A stretch of 64,000 nucleotides of DNA, taken from positions 13,973,001 through 14,037,000 of the forward strand of contig NC_057718.1 in NCBI RefSeq assembly GCF_004010195.1, in the 5' to 3' direction. Shown here piece by piece: positions 53,001 through 64,000 of the stretch (its first letter is position 1; the number at the start of each line of letters is the position of its first letter). The translations under genes were made by a program, and so were the position numbers. The stretch comes from Chiloscyllium plagiosum. Its lineage: Eukaryota. The notes beneath the pieces were generated by a model. That model was not told where the DNA came from. It did no database searches and worked only from the letters and a program-made list of their open reading frames with translations.

Positions 53001-54500
53001 ATTACACCGCACACTTGTTCCAAGTATGAATCTGGTAAACTTGCTTTGATCTGCTTCCAATGTATTCACATTCTTCTTAAATAAGGTGACCAATACTGTA
53101 CTGTGTCTGGATTAAAGTGGTGCTGGAAAAGCCCAGCAGGTCAGGCAGCATCCAAGGAGCAGGAAAAGCCCTTCTTCAGGAATGGAGCATCTATTCATGA
53201 TGTAGGGCTTTTGCCCGAAATGTCGATTTTCCTGCTCCTTGGATGCTGCCTAACCTGCTGTGCTTTTCCAGCACCACTCTAATCCAGACCTGGGTTTCCA
53301 GTATCTGCAATCCTCGTTTTTACGCAGTACTGTACTGTGCACAGTACTCCAAAATGGTCGCAGTGGTATCCTGCCTAACTCATGCATAACCTCCCTATTT
53401 GTATTGTCAATGCCCCTTGCAATAAAAAAAAATTCTATTAGCTTTATTAACTAATTTCTGCACCTATTTACTCATCTTTTGTGATTCATGCGGTAAAACA
53501 ACAAAATCTCTCTGAACGCTGAAGCTCCGCAATTTCTCACCATTTAGATAGTAATATGTTTTTTATTCTTCCTGCCAAAATTGCTCATTCTACATTAGAT
53601 CCCAAATTATATTCCATTTTCTACATCTTTGCCCATTCACTTAAACTATTTACTTCTTTTTGTAGCCTCCTTATATCTATTTCATAATTTACTTTCCTAC
53701 CTAACATTGTGCCATCAGCAAATTTGGCAACCTTGTCTTCTGACCCTTCATTCTAGTCATAGAATCATAGATTATACACAGTTGAAGTCCTAGCACCAAT
53801 ACCTGTGGCACACCACTCATTATGCCTTGTCAACCAGAGAAAGACCCTTTTATGCTTACTGTCTGCTTTCTGTTAGCCAGTTAATTTTCTATCCCTGACA
53901 ATATGCTACACTACAATTGGATGTAGGTTTGTTCGTTGAGCTGGAAGGTTCATTTTTAGCTGAAAACAAACCTTCCAGATCAGCGAGCAAACCTACATCC
54001 AGAACCTCAACCTGAGCTACAAATTTTCTCAAAACTCGCTAACTCCACTACTCTATAAGCTTCATTTTCCACTGTAACCTTTGCAGTAGCTTCTAACATT
54101 TTCCCAATGACAGATGCAAAATACATATTCAATTCTTCTGCCATTTGCTTATTTTCATTATTAATTCTCCATGCTCTCTTTGTATAACCTAATATTCACC
54201 TTGTTAACTCTTTTTGTATATATTTATAGGCACTCTTACTCTCTGTTTTTGTATTTCTAGCTAGCTTTCTCATACACCAGATTTTCTCTCATTTTTTCTT
54301 AGTCATAGAGTCATAGAGATGTACAGCTTGGAAACAGACCCTTTGGTCCAACCCGTCCATGCCGACCAGATATCCCAACCCAATCTAGTCCTACCTGCCA
54401 GCACCCGGCCCATATCCCTCCAAACCCTTCCTATTCATATATCCATTGCAACTCTTAAATGTTGCAATTGTACCAGCCTCCACCACTTCCTCTGGCACAT
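50090..54500. mobile_element. Cluster of decayed CR1 fragments on both strands
   Basis: Endonuclease-like YDMIAITETRL (52008-52196, +); LEADQSKFTRFI...LLPLEFRKIRDD (52896-53093, -); young CR1 3' end at 54300-54495 (-). Confidence 0.7.
53106..53324. mobile_element. Older palindromic Penelope-like insertion
   Basis: Inverted gtggtgctggaaaag...tccaaggagcaggaaa arms; duplication caRtactgtactgtg; hammerhead core mutated. Confidence 0.7.
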
Positions 54501-57500
54501 ACTTTGCTGTTTTTTTTCCTATTGTCCAATCTTCTGTCCTGCCATTGCCTTTGCACAATTTTATGTATTTTCTTTAAATATGATACTACTTTTAACATTT
54601 GTAATTAACAATGGATGGGTCCAACCCTTAGAATTTTTCTATCTCTTTGGAATGTATCTATTCTGTACATTCTGAATATCCCCTTAAATATCTGTCACTA
54701 CATCTCTATTGAACTATCCTTTAATCTCATTTGCTAATTTTATTTTAGCCAGTTCTGCTTTTGTGCCCTCATTATTGTTCTTATTTAAAAATTTCAAATC
54801 CCTCAAACTAAATGTAAAATTCAATCACATTATTGTTGCTATTACCCAGGGGCATCTTGATGATGAGATCACTTCCTGCTCACTCTTTCCCCATAGTCTT
54901 GCAATCTTTTTCTTTCTCAAATATTTATACAATTTCATTTTGAAAATTACACCCGAATTTGCTTCCACTACCCCTTCAGGCAGAGGTCCAGATCACAAAA
55001 ACTCATTGTGTAAAAAGCATGTTTCATCTCTTCCTGTGATTCCTTCACTAATGATCTTAAATCTGTGTCATCTTTTACTATACAGCTAACAGTCCCAATT
55101 GTCTGGCTGGGAATGGACAACACTTCTCAACTGGTCTCAGTCCATGCACTGACAGGAAAGCCACTTTTGAGGTACAGAGTTCAAACTATCTTTGTTGGAC
55201 TGCTACAGTCCTTTACCCAGTCCAATGTTATTAAAAGAACTAAGAGAAGTAGGCCACTCAGCCCCACAAAAATGCTATGTCATTCAACACCATCACGACT
55301 GATTGCCTAGATCAACTTTACTTTCTCACCTGTTCCCTTGATTTTCTTAGTATTCCAAAAATCTACCTACGTCAGTCTGGAACATGCTCAATAATTTATC
55401 ATCGACAACCCTCTGGGTATAACCAAATTGATGCCGGCTCCTTAAACTGCATTTGCAATATGGCAGATTTCTGTTAGTACAGTAGCTTCCAATGTTCAGA
55501 CATCAATGTGGACTGTACATTATATTAAGTTTCCTACACTCCTACAGTGACTACAGTTCAAAAGTATAAAATTGTCTGTCAAAAACTTTGAGATGACCTG
55601 AGGTTGTGAATGGTTCTATATAAATGCAAGTCTTTTATTTTGCTATGATTTGCAAAAGCCAGCACCTTAGGTTTGTGTGAAACAGATGGTGTATGCACTG
55701 GTCTTGCACAATATAAAAGCAGCTTTAATCAGCCGGATTTATAGAAGCTCCTGCTTAGAAGGTGAATGTGTGGCTCGTACTGAACTGTAAATCAGAGTGA
55801 TTAGTACCATCCAAAATTAGAATATTGATACTTATATGCCAGTCACTGAACAATTGCTAAACAAGAACTGGCAAGTTGTTAAATGCATATGCTGGAAAAC
55901 CATTGATCTGATTCCTTAAAGTGTTTTGCATATACTGTCACTTTGAATTTAAAAAGGTACCTGTAGATCTAGTGAGTTAGCTAGAGCATCTAACTGGCCT
56001 GACTGCTTATGTGGATACCTGAACTTTTGTTCAAGGAGAGTAGAGGGCATGTGGTATTACGAGATTGTAAGTCCATGGTGAAAAGATAATAGGATATCAA
56101 AGTGTTAAGGAGCAGCTGTTATTATACACAGGAGAGTAAGAAATTCATGTGACTTCAAAGGCTGGAAAAAGTTGAATTAATTTGAACAATTTAAAAATTA
56201 TAGAAACTAAGTTACAGGGGCCTGAAAAATTCTGGTGAGAAATATGGTAGAATCATGTGAGAAATTCAGTAAGGCCTGTCTAGACATTGGGAACAACTTG
56301 TTGCATTTTGTTTAACTAAGTTTTGGATGTCAAGGCAGGATTTTCGCTATGCAGTAGCAAGTTACCTATTAAGGAGGATTATTGCTTCTTAAGTATATTA
56401 ACTGCAAAGCGTGCCTCATTAATACACAGATTTCTATCCTACCATCCGCCATGATTGAACTAGATGCTGAGAAGTCTCAACATGAAAGTCAGAGTGAGTA
56501 CCTGGAAACTTCCACTGACTGCTGACGTCCATGCTGGTCATAGCGCAACAGCATCTCAGGATATAACCTGCGGCTATCAGCTACATGCATCCCTCATCCA
56601 CAGGCATTGGCATTCAATAATTACTCCTCTCTCAGGATTCTCATGGTACCTCTGATCTGCTTGCAAAATGTTTTGAACTTTGAGAGCAGCACTTCTGGAA
56701 ACACCAGAAACTAGCATTAAGATACCGCTGCAGCAACATTTTAGGTGCTGGGGCAGGCAACAAGCTCACAGATTGGACCAGGCTGCATCTCAGGGTTGTT
56801 CACTTGTTTTTACAAAATTCAGTCATTTAGCGCACACTTGCATCAGCACAACATTCTTGCCTTGACTTGCCATGCCATGACTCTTAGCCTAGCTACAGAA
56901 CCAGGCAACTTGTCTTGTTCGTCATCAGACTTTGGACAAGGGGTGGACATTTTGCTATATGGGCAAGACAGAGATTCAAACATACAGATTTAGTGCAAAA
57001 ATCTTAACATCTACGAAAAATGTGAGGCTCAATATTCAGTGTGAGGCATAATATAACATCCATGCCACCAACATTGTTTCAGGTTACTTTTTTCTTCTTT
57101 CCTTCCCGTTACATCTCAATGCAATGTCGGGTACCACGACTGGAGTAGAGGGAGCCTGCTCTACACTGCAGCCTGTTGGGCTCGGAGATTCGGTTAGGTG
57201 ACCTTTGGGGGCATTTGCGTCTAGATGACCCAACCAAGCTGACAGTCTCCTTGCTGGAGGCAAATGCATCCTCCTTGGCTCAAATTTCCACAGGTTGGAG
57301 GGGAACAGGCGGGGTAGAGCTGGAAGGCCCAGCACTTCTGCAGTGTCCTCATTGGAAACTTCTGAGGGGCCTATGTGCGGTTTCTCCTCCAGCAAGTTGC
57401 CTTCTGGAGGAAGGTGCACCTGGAGTAAGGTCAAGTTCCCCTGATCCCTCTCACCTTGCTTTTGATCCTGAGGACCAATGGGTTGGTTGATACAGTGCAA

Positions 57501-57769
57501 GTCCAATATGCTGTCCATCATACCCTGAAAGTGCTGGAACTGGCTCTGCATGGCAACTACCATCCTATCTATGGAAGTAGCCAGACGATCTTGAAGCGGC
57601 ATGGGTCCCCATTAGTGTAGCTACAGCCCTTCAGCTTCTGGGCTAAAAAGGTCCATTGCCTCGCACATCTGCTTCTCCTTTGTCTCCTCATGCATTTGAA
57701 TGAAGTCCCTGGTTGCCAATTCTTCTGCTTAGGACCTGGGGTGTCTTTCTTACTTGGAAAGCTGTGGAG

Positions 57770-58192
57770 TTATCACAGTTTAGTGCTTACCAGCATATGC
57801 TCCCAAACACTATAAAGCTGAACTTATGCCCATGTCTTATTTTTCTCCTATCTTTCCTCGTGCCCTCTCTGAACCCATCTTGTCCTGTAGACTTGTCCAT
57901 TCCACCCTCCTCTCTGACCTATCACCTTCATCCCCACTCCCATTCACCCATTGTACTCTTTGCTATCTTCCCCCACCCTCCTCTCTGACCTATCACCTCC
58001 ATCCCCACCCCCATTCACCTATTGTACTCTATGCTACTTTCTCCTCACCCCCATCCCCATCTCATTTATCTCTCCACTCTGCAGGCACCCTGCCTCTATT
58101 CCTGATGAAGGGCTTTTGCCCGAAACGTCGATTTTCCTGCTCCTCGGATGCTGCCTGACCTGCTGTGCTTTTCCAGCACCACTCTAATCTAA
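57770..58192 (+). mobile_element. Penelope-like 3' end with intact hammerhead motif
   Basis: Pyrimidine-rich duplicated tract, then CTGATGAAGGGCTTTTGCCCGAAACGTC at 58102-58129. Confidence 0.7.
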
Positions 58193-60332
58193 ATGTTGCT
58201 TTCTCAACCTTATTCCCACTAAACTACTGACCAGCCAACTTCTCTCCTGGCTCCAAAATAAGACAATATTATGAGCAATTCTCCCTCTTCAGATACTGAC
58301 CCCTTACCCTTCAAATCTGCCATTGTGTTTGGAAATATTGTCACTTTCCAACCTCCATATCTTCTCCACATTCTGTGGAACTGTTGTCACTTCCTAAATT
58401 AAGGTTCACCTTTCCTGGATCACTATGATTGAATCCCTTCAGTCAGGTTTCTGTCACACCATATTAACTTGCATCAAAGTTATAAGTGAAAGACTGTATG
58501 ACTATGGCAATGTTAAATTATGCCCTGTCTTCTTTCTCAATTTGTCGGTTGACTTACATGTAAGTTGATTGAACTGTCCTCTTCCAATGATTCTGCTGTA
58601 AGGTAGACTGGTAGGACTTCACCCACCTGGTTCCAAATTTATATATCTAGTTGCAGCCAGAATATCACATTGGCTTTTTCTTTCCACTCACAAACCATTA
58701 CCTCTTGTGACCTGCAGGAATCTATCCTTGGCTCTCTCCTCATTTTTTTCTACACAAGATACCCTTTGCAACATCATGTGAAAATATATTAGTTTCCAGA
58801 TGTATTGATGATATCCAGCTGTCCTCACCAGTACATCTTCAAATTCCACTATGTCTCTAAATTTTTGTCTGACATCAATACTGGATGAACAGTAAATTCC
58901 TCAAATGTTGAAATGATTGCAGCCATTTACTTTGGTCCAATCAGTGACTTCATTCCTTTGCCAAAGATCCCAATTTCTCCTTCAAGAGACTTAATATTAG
59001 TGTTATATTAGACCCCAAAGTGAGCTTCCAACTACATATTTACATCATTACTAAGATAATTTATTTTCACTCATCACTCAGGAGTTCACCTGCTGTTGAA
59101 ACTCTTATCCATTCCTTTCTCATCTGTAGATTTGATTAATTCCCTTCTGCCTGGTGTGGTTCCTGTGTCTTAACTCACACCAAATCCTGTTATGACATCA
59201 ACCTTGCACTCACTGACCTACGCTGGTTCACTATTAAGCAAGACGTTGACTTTAAAGTTCTTATTCTTGGTTAAATCCCTTCATAGATTTATTCCTATTT
59301 CTGTAATCTTTTTCGACCTCACTACCTTCTGCAATCTCTACCCACCTTTAATTCTGGATTTTAAAGTCCCAGACATTAATCATTCCACCATTTGTGGTTG
59401 AGATTTTAATTACCAAGAACCTAAGCTCTGGAATTAACTCCCTCTTTCTCCCTCTAACTCTTTTCCTTCTTTAAGATACAGCACTCCTTTATTATCTACC
59501 ACTTTTTGACCAAGAAGCTTTTGGACATTTGCCCAAATATATTTTTATGTTGCTTGATGTTTCAGAGTGCCCTGTGAAAAACTTTGTGGTGAGATATTAA
59601 AGATTCTGTGTCAATATATATGTTCTATAATTGTTTAATTTAAAGGATAAAAATACATTTTGTTTTAAAATCATGAGAGCCATACTACCCTAGATCAAGG
59701 TACAAATGCATGTTTACATCTTTCCTTGCCTGCTGTTAAGACAGAAGATAACAAAAAAGTCAATAACTTTGGTTTATATGCAACTTGCCTTCATTATACT
59801 AAAATCCTCCAGGGTGCTCACAAATAATGGCAAAAGAGACAGCAATTAAGAAGTGGACGTAAGGACAGGAGGTTGTAGATTTGATAGAAAGATAAAAAAC
59901 CAGGGGCCATAGATTTAGGATTGGGGCAGGACGTTTAGATGGCACATGAGGAAAACAGAGAGCGTTGAAAATCTGGAACTCTCTGTTTGTGAAAGTGGTA
60001 GAGGGAGGTATCTAAACTCACTGCAGAAGAATTTAGATGGACAATGTCAAGACACACAAGGCTATGGGCCGAGTGCTGGAAAATAGAATAGTTAAGTTCA
60101 TCCTGTCAAAAACAAGCCCCTAAGGACAGAAGACCGAATCTGTACAGTAGACCTCTATGAGGGTTTCAAACAGGAGAGAGCGAGAGATCAAGCTGGACAC
60201 GGTTTTGCAGGCAGTAAATTTGTTAAAGCACCCTTTGTTACAAATGTCAACGCTGCAAGGAAAAAGAAACTGGGTTTCTGCAACATCTTCTCCCATTTCT
60301 TCCCTTCGATTCACGGCCTCCTTGACAACAGC

Positions 60333-60345
60333 GCTCCTTAGCAAC
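60333..60345 (+). promoter_or_regulatory. RFX X-box-like motif
   Basis: GCTCCTTAGCAAC, with a strong RGCAAC half-site, 13 nt before the putative EFCAB2 ATG. Confidence 0.5.
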
Positions 60346-60358
60346 CGTCCGAAACAAT

Positions 60359-60383
60359 ATGGCCGATGACAAAGAAGCGGCAG
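60359..60383 (+). CDS. EFCAB2: Probable first coding exon of EFCAB2 (DRC8)
   Basis: ATGGCCGATGACAAAGAAGCGGCAG|gtaagc gives MADDKEAA, similar to the recalled human start MADEKDRE; locally CpG-rich; syntenic position upstream of HNRNPU. Only 8 codons are visible. Confidence 0.65.
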
Positions 60384-61129
60384 GTAAGCACCGGCTTGGA
60401 TAAAGGACGGCGATGGTGATGGTGCAACCTTAATAAGACTTTTTAAAAAAAGAACATCAACAACAAGGGACTCTTCAGGCCCGGAGCTTAATTCCAGCTC
60501 AATCTTTTCCGCTCAGATTCAAGATGGAGCCCAGCTGGAGACCTCCCAGTCTTTGTTCTGAGCCCAACCCTGAGAGGACGATTGTGGGGAAAGAATTTTA
60601 ACCCATAATTTGTAGAGAGGGAGGGCTGTAGCTGTCTAGTGTTTATTTTGTTCTCTCTCAAAAAGATCACGGGTACACTATATTAAAACTGGTGGAGCCT
60701 GAGTTTACCTTTTCAAGAGCGTTAAAACCCATGGTGTTTTGAAATCAATGTCAGCGACCATTTGAGCGACATATTGAAAAATAATCATCTTTTCCAGATT
60801 ATAAACAGAAACGGTACTTTTGTTCAAAAAGGCGACAAACGAGTTTATTTAAAGTCCTGCCTGCCTGGTCACAATTTATCGCAATAAACATAGAGAATGC
60901 TGGAGAGACTCAACAGATCTAGCAGTACCTGTGGAGGAAAAGCAGTTAACGTTTAAGAGCCCAGTCACCCTTCCTCAGAAAATTTAGTGCATATTATTTT
61001 GACAATTCATTTCCGATTTATAGGACTTTTACCTTTGAGTTTATTTTTATAGGAAATCGATTGTTTTAGCAGCAGCCCTACTTTAAAAAACACACCCGTT
61101 TATTGATATTTCGTGAAGTAAATTAAACA

Positions 61130-62720
61130 TAGCTTGTAGTTTAAAAATGCGCAATTTTTATATTGCATACAGCTGAAGAAGGGCACTTTCGTGAATTTTT
61201 TTGTTGTGCAGGACCATCCACAAGAATACCACTGTAAAGGAGAAACTACACTTATTCTGTACGAGGAGACTCCTGATTGATTAGCAACTGGCCTCCCAAA
61301 TGGTAGATGCATTGCCATGGAAAATGCACCAGTTCAATGATGAGTGACAGTTAATTACCAAGATTTGTTTACATTTTAAACCAGACAGATTATCTTTGAC
61401 TGGTCAAGATATGTCCCTGATAAATGAACCTGAGAATGGCCATCATTATTCTATTCTGGTTGAAACACACAGTGTGTGTACATGTTCGTTTTGTCTATAA
61501 AGACTAGGACCCTACAGCTTCCAGTGTGCACAGGTATGCCACTTTGCAAACCTGACTAACATTCCTAAAATAGGAGCAAACTACTACAGATGCTGGAACC
61601 TGTGCTGAAAACAAGAAATACTGGAGATCACACCAGGTCAAGGAGCAGACGTAAAGAGAAAGCAAGTTAATGTTTTGAGTCTAAATGACTTCATCAGAGC
61701 TGAAGTGTGGAGGGGACAGCACCTATGCAATAGGCTGGGTGGTGGTGGAGGGGAGGAGGTGGAGTGCTGGGGGAGAAAAGATGTTGATACTTAATCTGAA
61801 TTATCAACATCCTTTCCCCTCCAGCACTCCAACCTGTCTGCTCCCACTATTGCATAAATGCTGCCCCCTCTGCACTTCACTTCATCTCTGATGAAGAGTC
61901 ATCTAGACTTGAAACGTTAGCGTGCTTTCTCTCCATGAATGTTGTCTGACCTGCTGTGATCTCCAACAATCCTAAAATATTTGACAGTGTAATTCTTTGT
62001 GCATTCATGATCATGTAGCAAATGTTTTCCAGTTGCAGACTCACATGTAGTATTTGGCACCATGTTTTGAATTTTTCAAACATAGACTGGTTTGTTACAG
62101 TCTTGTTTGCTGCAACAGCCAAAATGGTTTGTTGTTTGATATGATTTGCCAGGTTTTGGGACACATGGCCCATACAGCTAGCACTACACTGACACTGAAA
62201 TTCATTTACCACATTACTCAGTTGTGTAATGGGATGAACATCTTTTTAGCTTGAAGGCAGAATGCATGTTAGTGGCAAACAGCCATTATGATACCACTGC
62301 ATAGTAGCAGCTTTCAACAGCTAGCATGCTGATCAAACCTTTGAGATATTGTACCCTTTCATCTAAGCTGGATTGCTCAGAGGACCATGCAGTCAGAAAC
62401 AAAAATGGAAAAAGTGCTGGTGACAGCCATTCTCTGGTTCATTTCTCAGAAAAGTGCCTTGACCAATCAGAGTAGTCTTGCTTGATTTAAAATTTAAACA
62501 GATCTTGGCATTTAACTGTTAGTCATCATCTAATTGGTGCATTCTCCATGGTAATGCTAACAGGAATCAATTTGCCAACCAATCAACATTGTCCTCATAC
62601 AGTATAAATATTGTTTTTCTTACATTATTCTTGTGAATTGTCCTGAGGAGTGCAAAATGTAAAACCTCGAAAAATGTGTCCTTTTTCAGCAATGTTCTGA
62701 TTCTGTACTACTAAACAACT
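61130..62720 (-). mobile_element. Penelope-like element: GIY-YIG remnant with inverted terminal repeat and nested insertion
   Basis: Minus ORF VNEFQCQCSASCMGHVSQNLANHIKQ resembles the PLE GIY-YIG motif (VYxFxCxCxxxYVGxT); 61130-61450 and 62400-62720 are diverged inverted copies. Confidence 0.6.
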
Positions 62721-63639
62721 GTTTCTATATCGCTGTTAAGAAAAGAGCTGCATGAAATATTAAATTTCACAATTCCCTCCTTTGCTGGTAGTATGTAATT
62801 CATTTTAAATTCCTTTCTTGAATAACAGTCAGAGAACAGAAGCTGAAGAAAAGCGAGCCACGCTATTCCCAAAGCAATAAAAAGCAATTTATCTTGTTAT
62901 TTCTGTGGGGTTTTATAATCTTGCCAAACAAAATTTCACTATTATCATATTCAATGGTGTTGAGTTAGAGTGTGGAATTATTTCAAAGGCCAAAATATGT
63001 TGTTTTCTCATACCATTAACAAAATTGTATCACAAATGATATAAAATAAAATCAAAGGAAGAAGCATTTCCACCCCATCATTATTTTGATGTTATTATCA
63101 TCCGTTTGGATGGGCTGAAGATATGCTTTCTGCACACTTCTAACTTGAATTCATTTAACAGTTGGCGTATGGTCTTTAGAAATTGAAGTGGTAAGGTATG
63201 TTTACTCCTCAGGCCTCCCAATTTTTCCAAACCTATCCACCTGAAAAAACCTATTCAATCAAATAAAGCCACTGAGAAATGAAATAAAATCAGTCCTGGA
63301 TGCTCTATTTCTTTATTTTGCTGACTGACAAAGATCTCACAATTATGTTAATTAGAGCTCCAATTCAGTAAAGTATAATTTTGGTCATTCTCCCTAATAT
63401 CTTCAGAGATATTTGAGGAACTAGACTTGAATATGTACAAAGGCTATCACGGGCACTGTCCCACGGGTAGTATTTTCGGCCCGAATAAACTTTAGCTACT
63501 TTATCAATTACCTTCAGCTGCAAATTCAGAAGTCAGACTGATTGCATTCATTTGCAACTCCTTAGATAATGAAATATTCTGTACCTGAATACAGCAAGAC
63601 CTAGGCAACATTCAGGCTGAATTGAGAAGTAGCAAAATG

Positions 63640-64000
63640 GAGTCACAAGTAGACAGGATAGTAAAGAAGGTGTTTGGCATGCTTACCTTCACTGGTCAGA
63701 ATATTGAGTACAGGAGTTGAGACGTCATGTTGTGACCATAAAAGACATCGGTGAGGCCACTTTTAAATTATTGCATACAATTCTGGTTGACCTTCTATAG
63801 GAAGGATGTTGTTAAACTTGAAAGGGTGCAGGAAAAATATACAAGGATGTTGCTGGGACTGGAGGGTTTGAGTTAGAGGGAGAGGCTGAATAGCCTGGGG
63901 CTTTTTCCCTGGAGCATCAGAAGCTGAGGGGTAACCTTATCAAGGTTTACAAAATCATGAGGGACATGGATAGGGTGAATAGCCAAGGCCTTTTTCTTAG
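63640..64000 (+). mobile_element. CR1 LINE 3' portion running off the window
   Basis: Similar to 31575-31730 and 5580-5830. Confidence 0.8.

Noticed and set aside
61300..61325. X-box-like attgccatggaaaat
   Set aside because: Part of the dispersed Penelope-like terminal repeat also seen at 18310 and 62540.

Overview
Vertebrate genomic DNA, not prokaryotic. It is most likely a shark, inferred from HE1/V-SINE-like SINEs and abundant CR1 and Penelope-like repeats. Three genes lie in the order known from human 1q44. COX20 (+) has coding exons 2-4 at 3831-7371; exon 1 was not found in the window. HNRNPU/SAF-A (-) is complete, with 14 coding exons at 23038-42944 giving about 878 aa with SAP, SPRY, P-loop and RGG regions. 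A 25-nt first coding exon at 60359-60383 matches EFCAB2/DRC8 (+). The rest is mostly decayed transposable elements, with one 512-N assembly gap. The most striking unexplained structure is a set of short Penelope-like insertions. Many are near-perfect palindromes, are flanked by 14-15-bp target-site duplications and carry minimal hammerhead ribozyme cores (CUGANGA-A-stem-GAAA); one is a 95-bp perfect hairpin with two intact cores in HNRNPU intron 10. Also notable are a ~51-bp minisatellite with about 15 TACTAAC motifs abutting the HNRNPU 5' end, a predicted 3'UTR intron competing with a poly(A) site in HNRNPU, and a TTAA-flanked piggyBac deletion derivative just after the COX20 stop. All calls were made by eye; no searches or folding programs were run.
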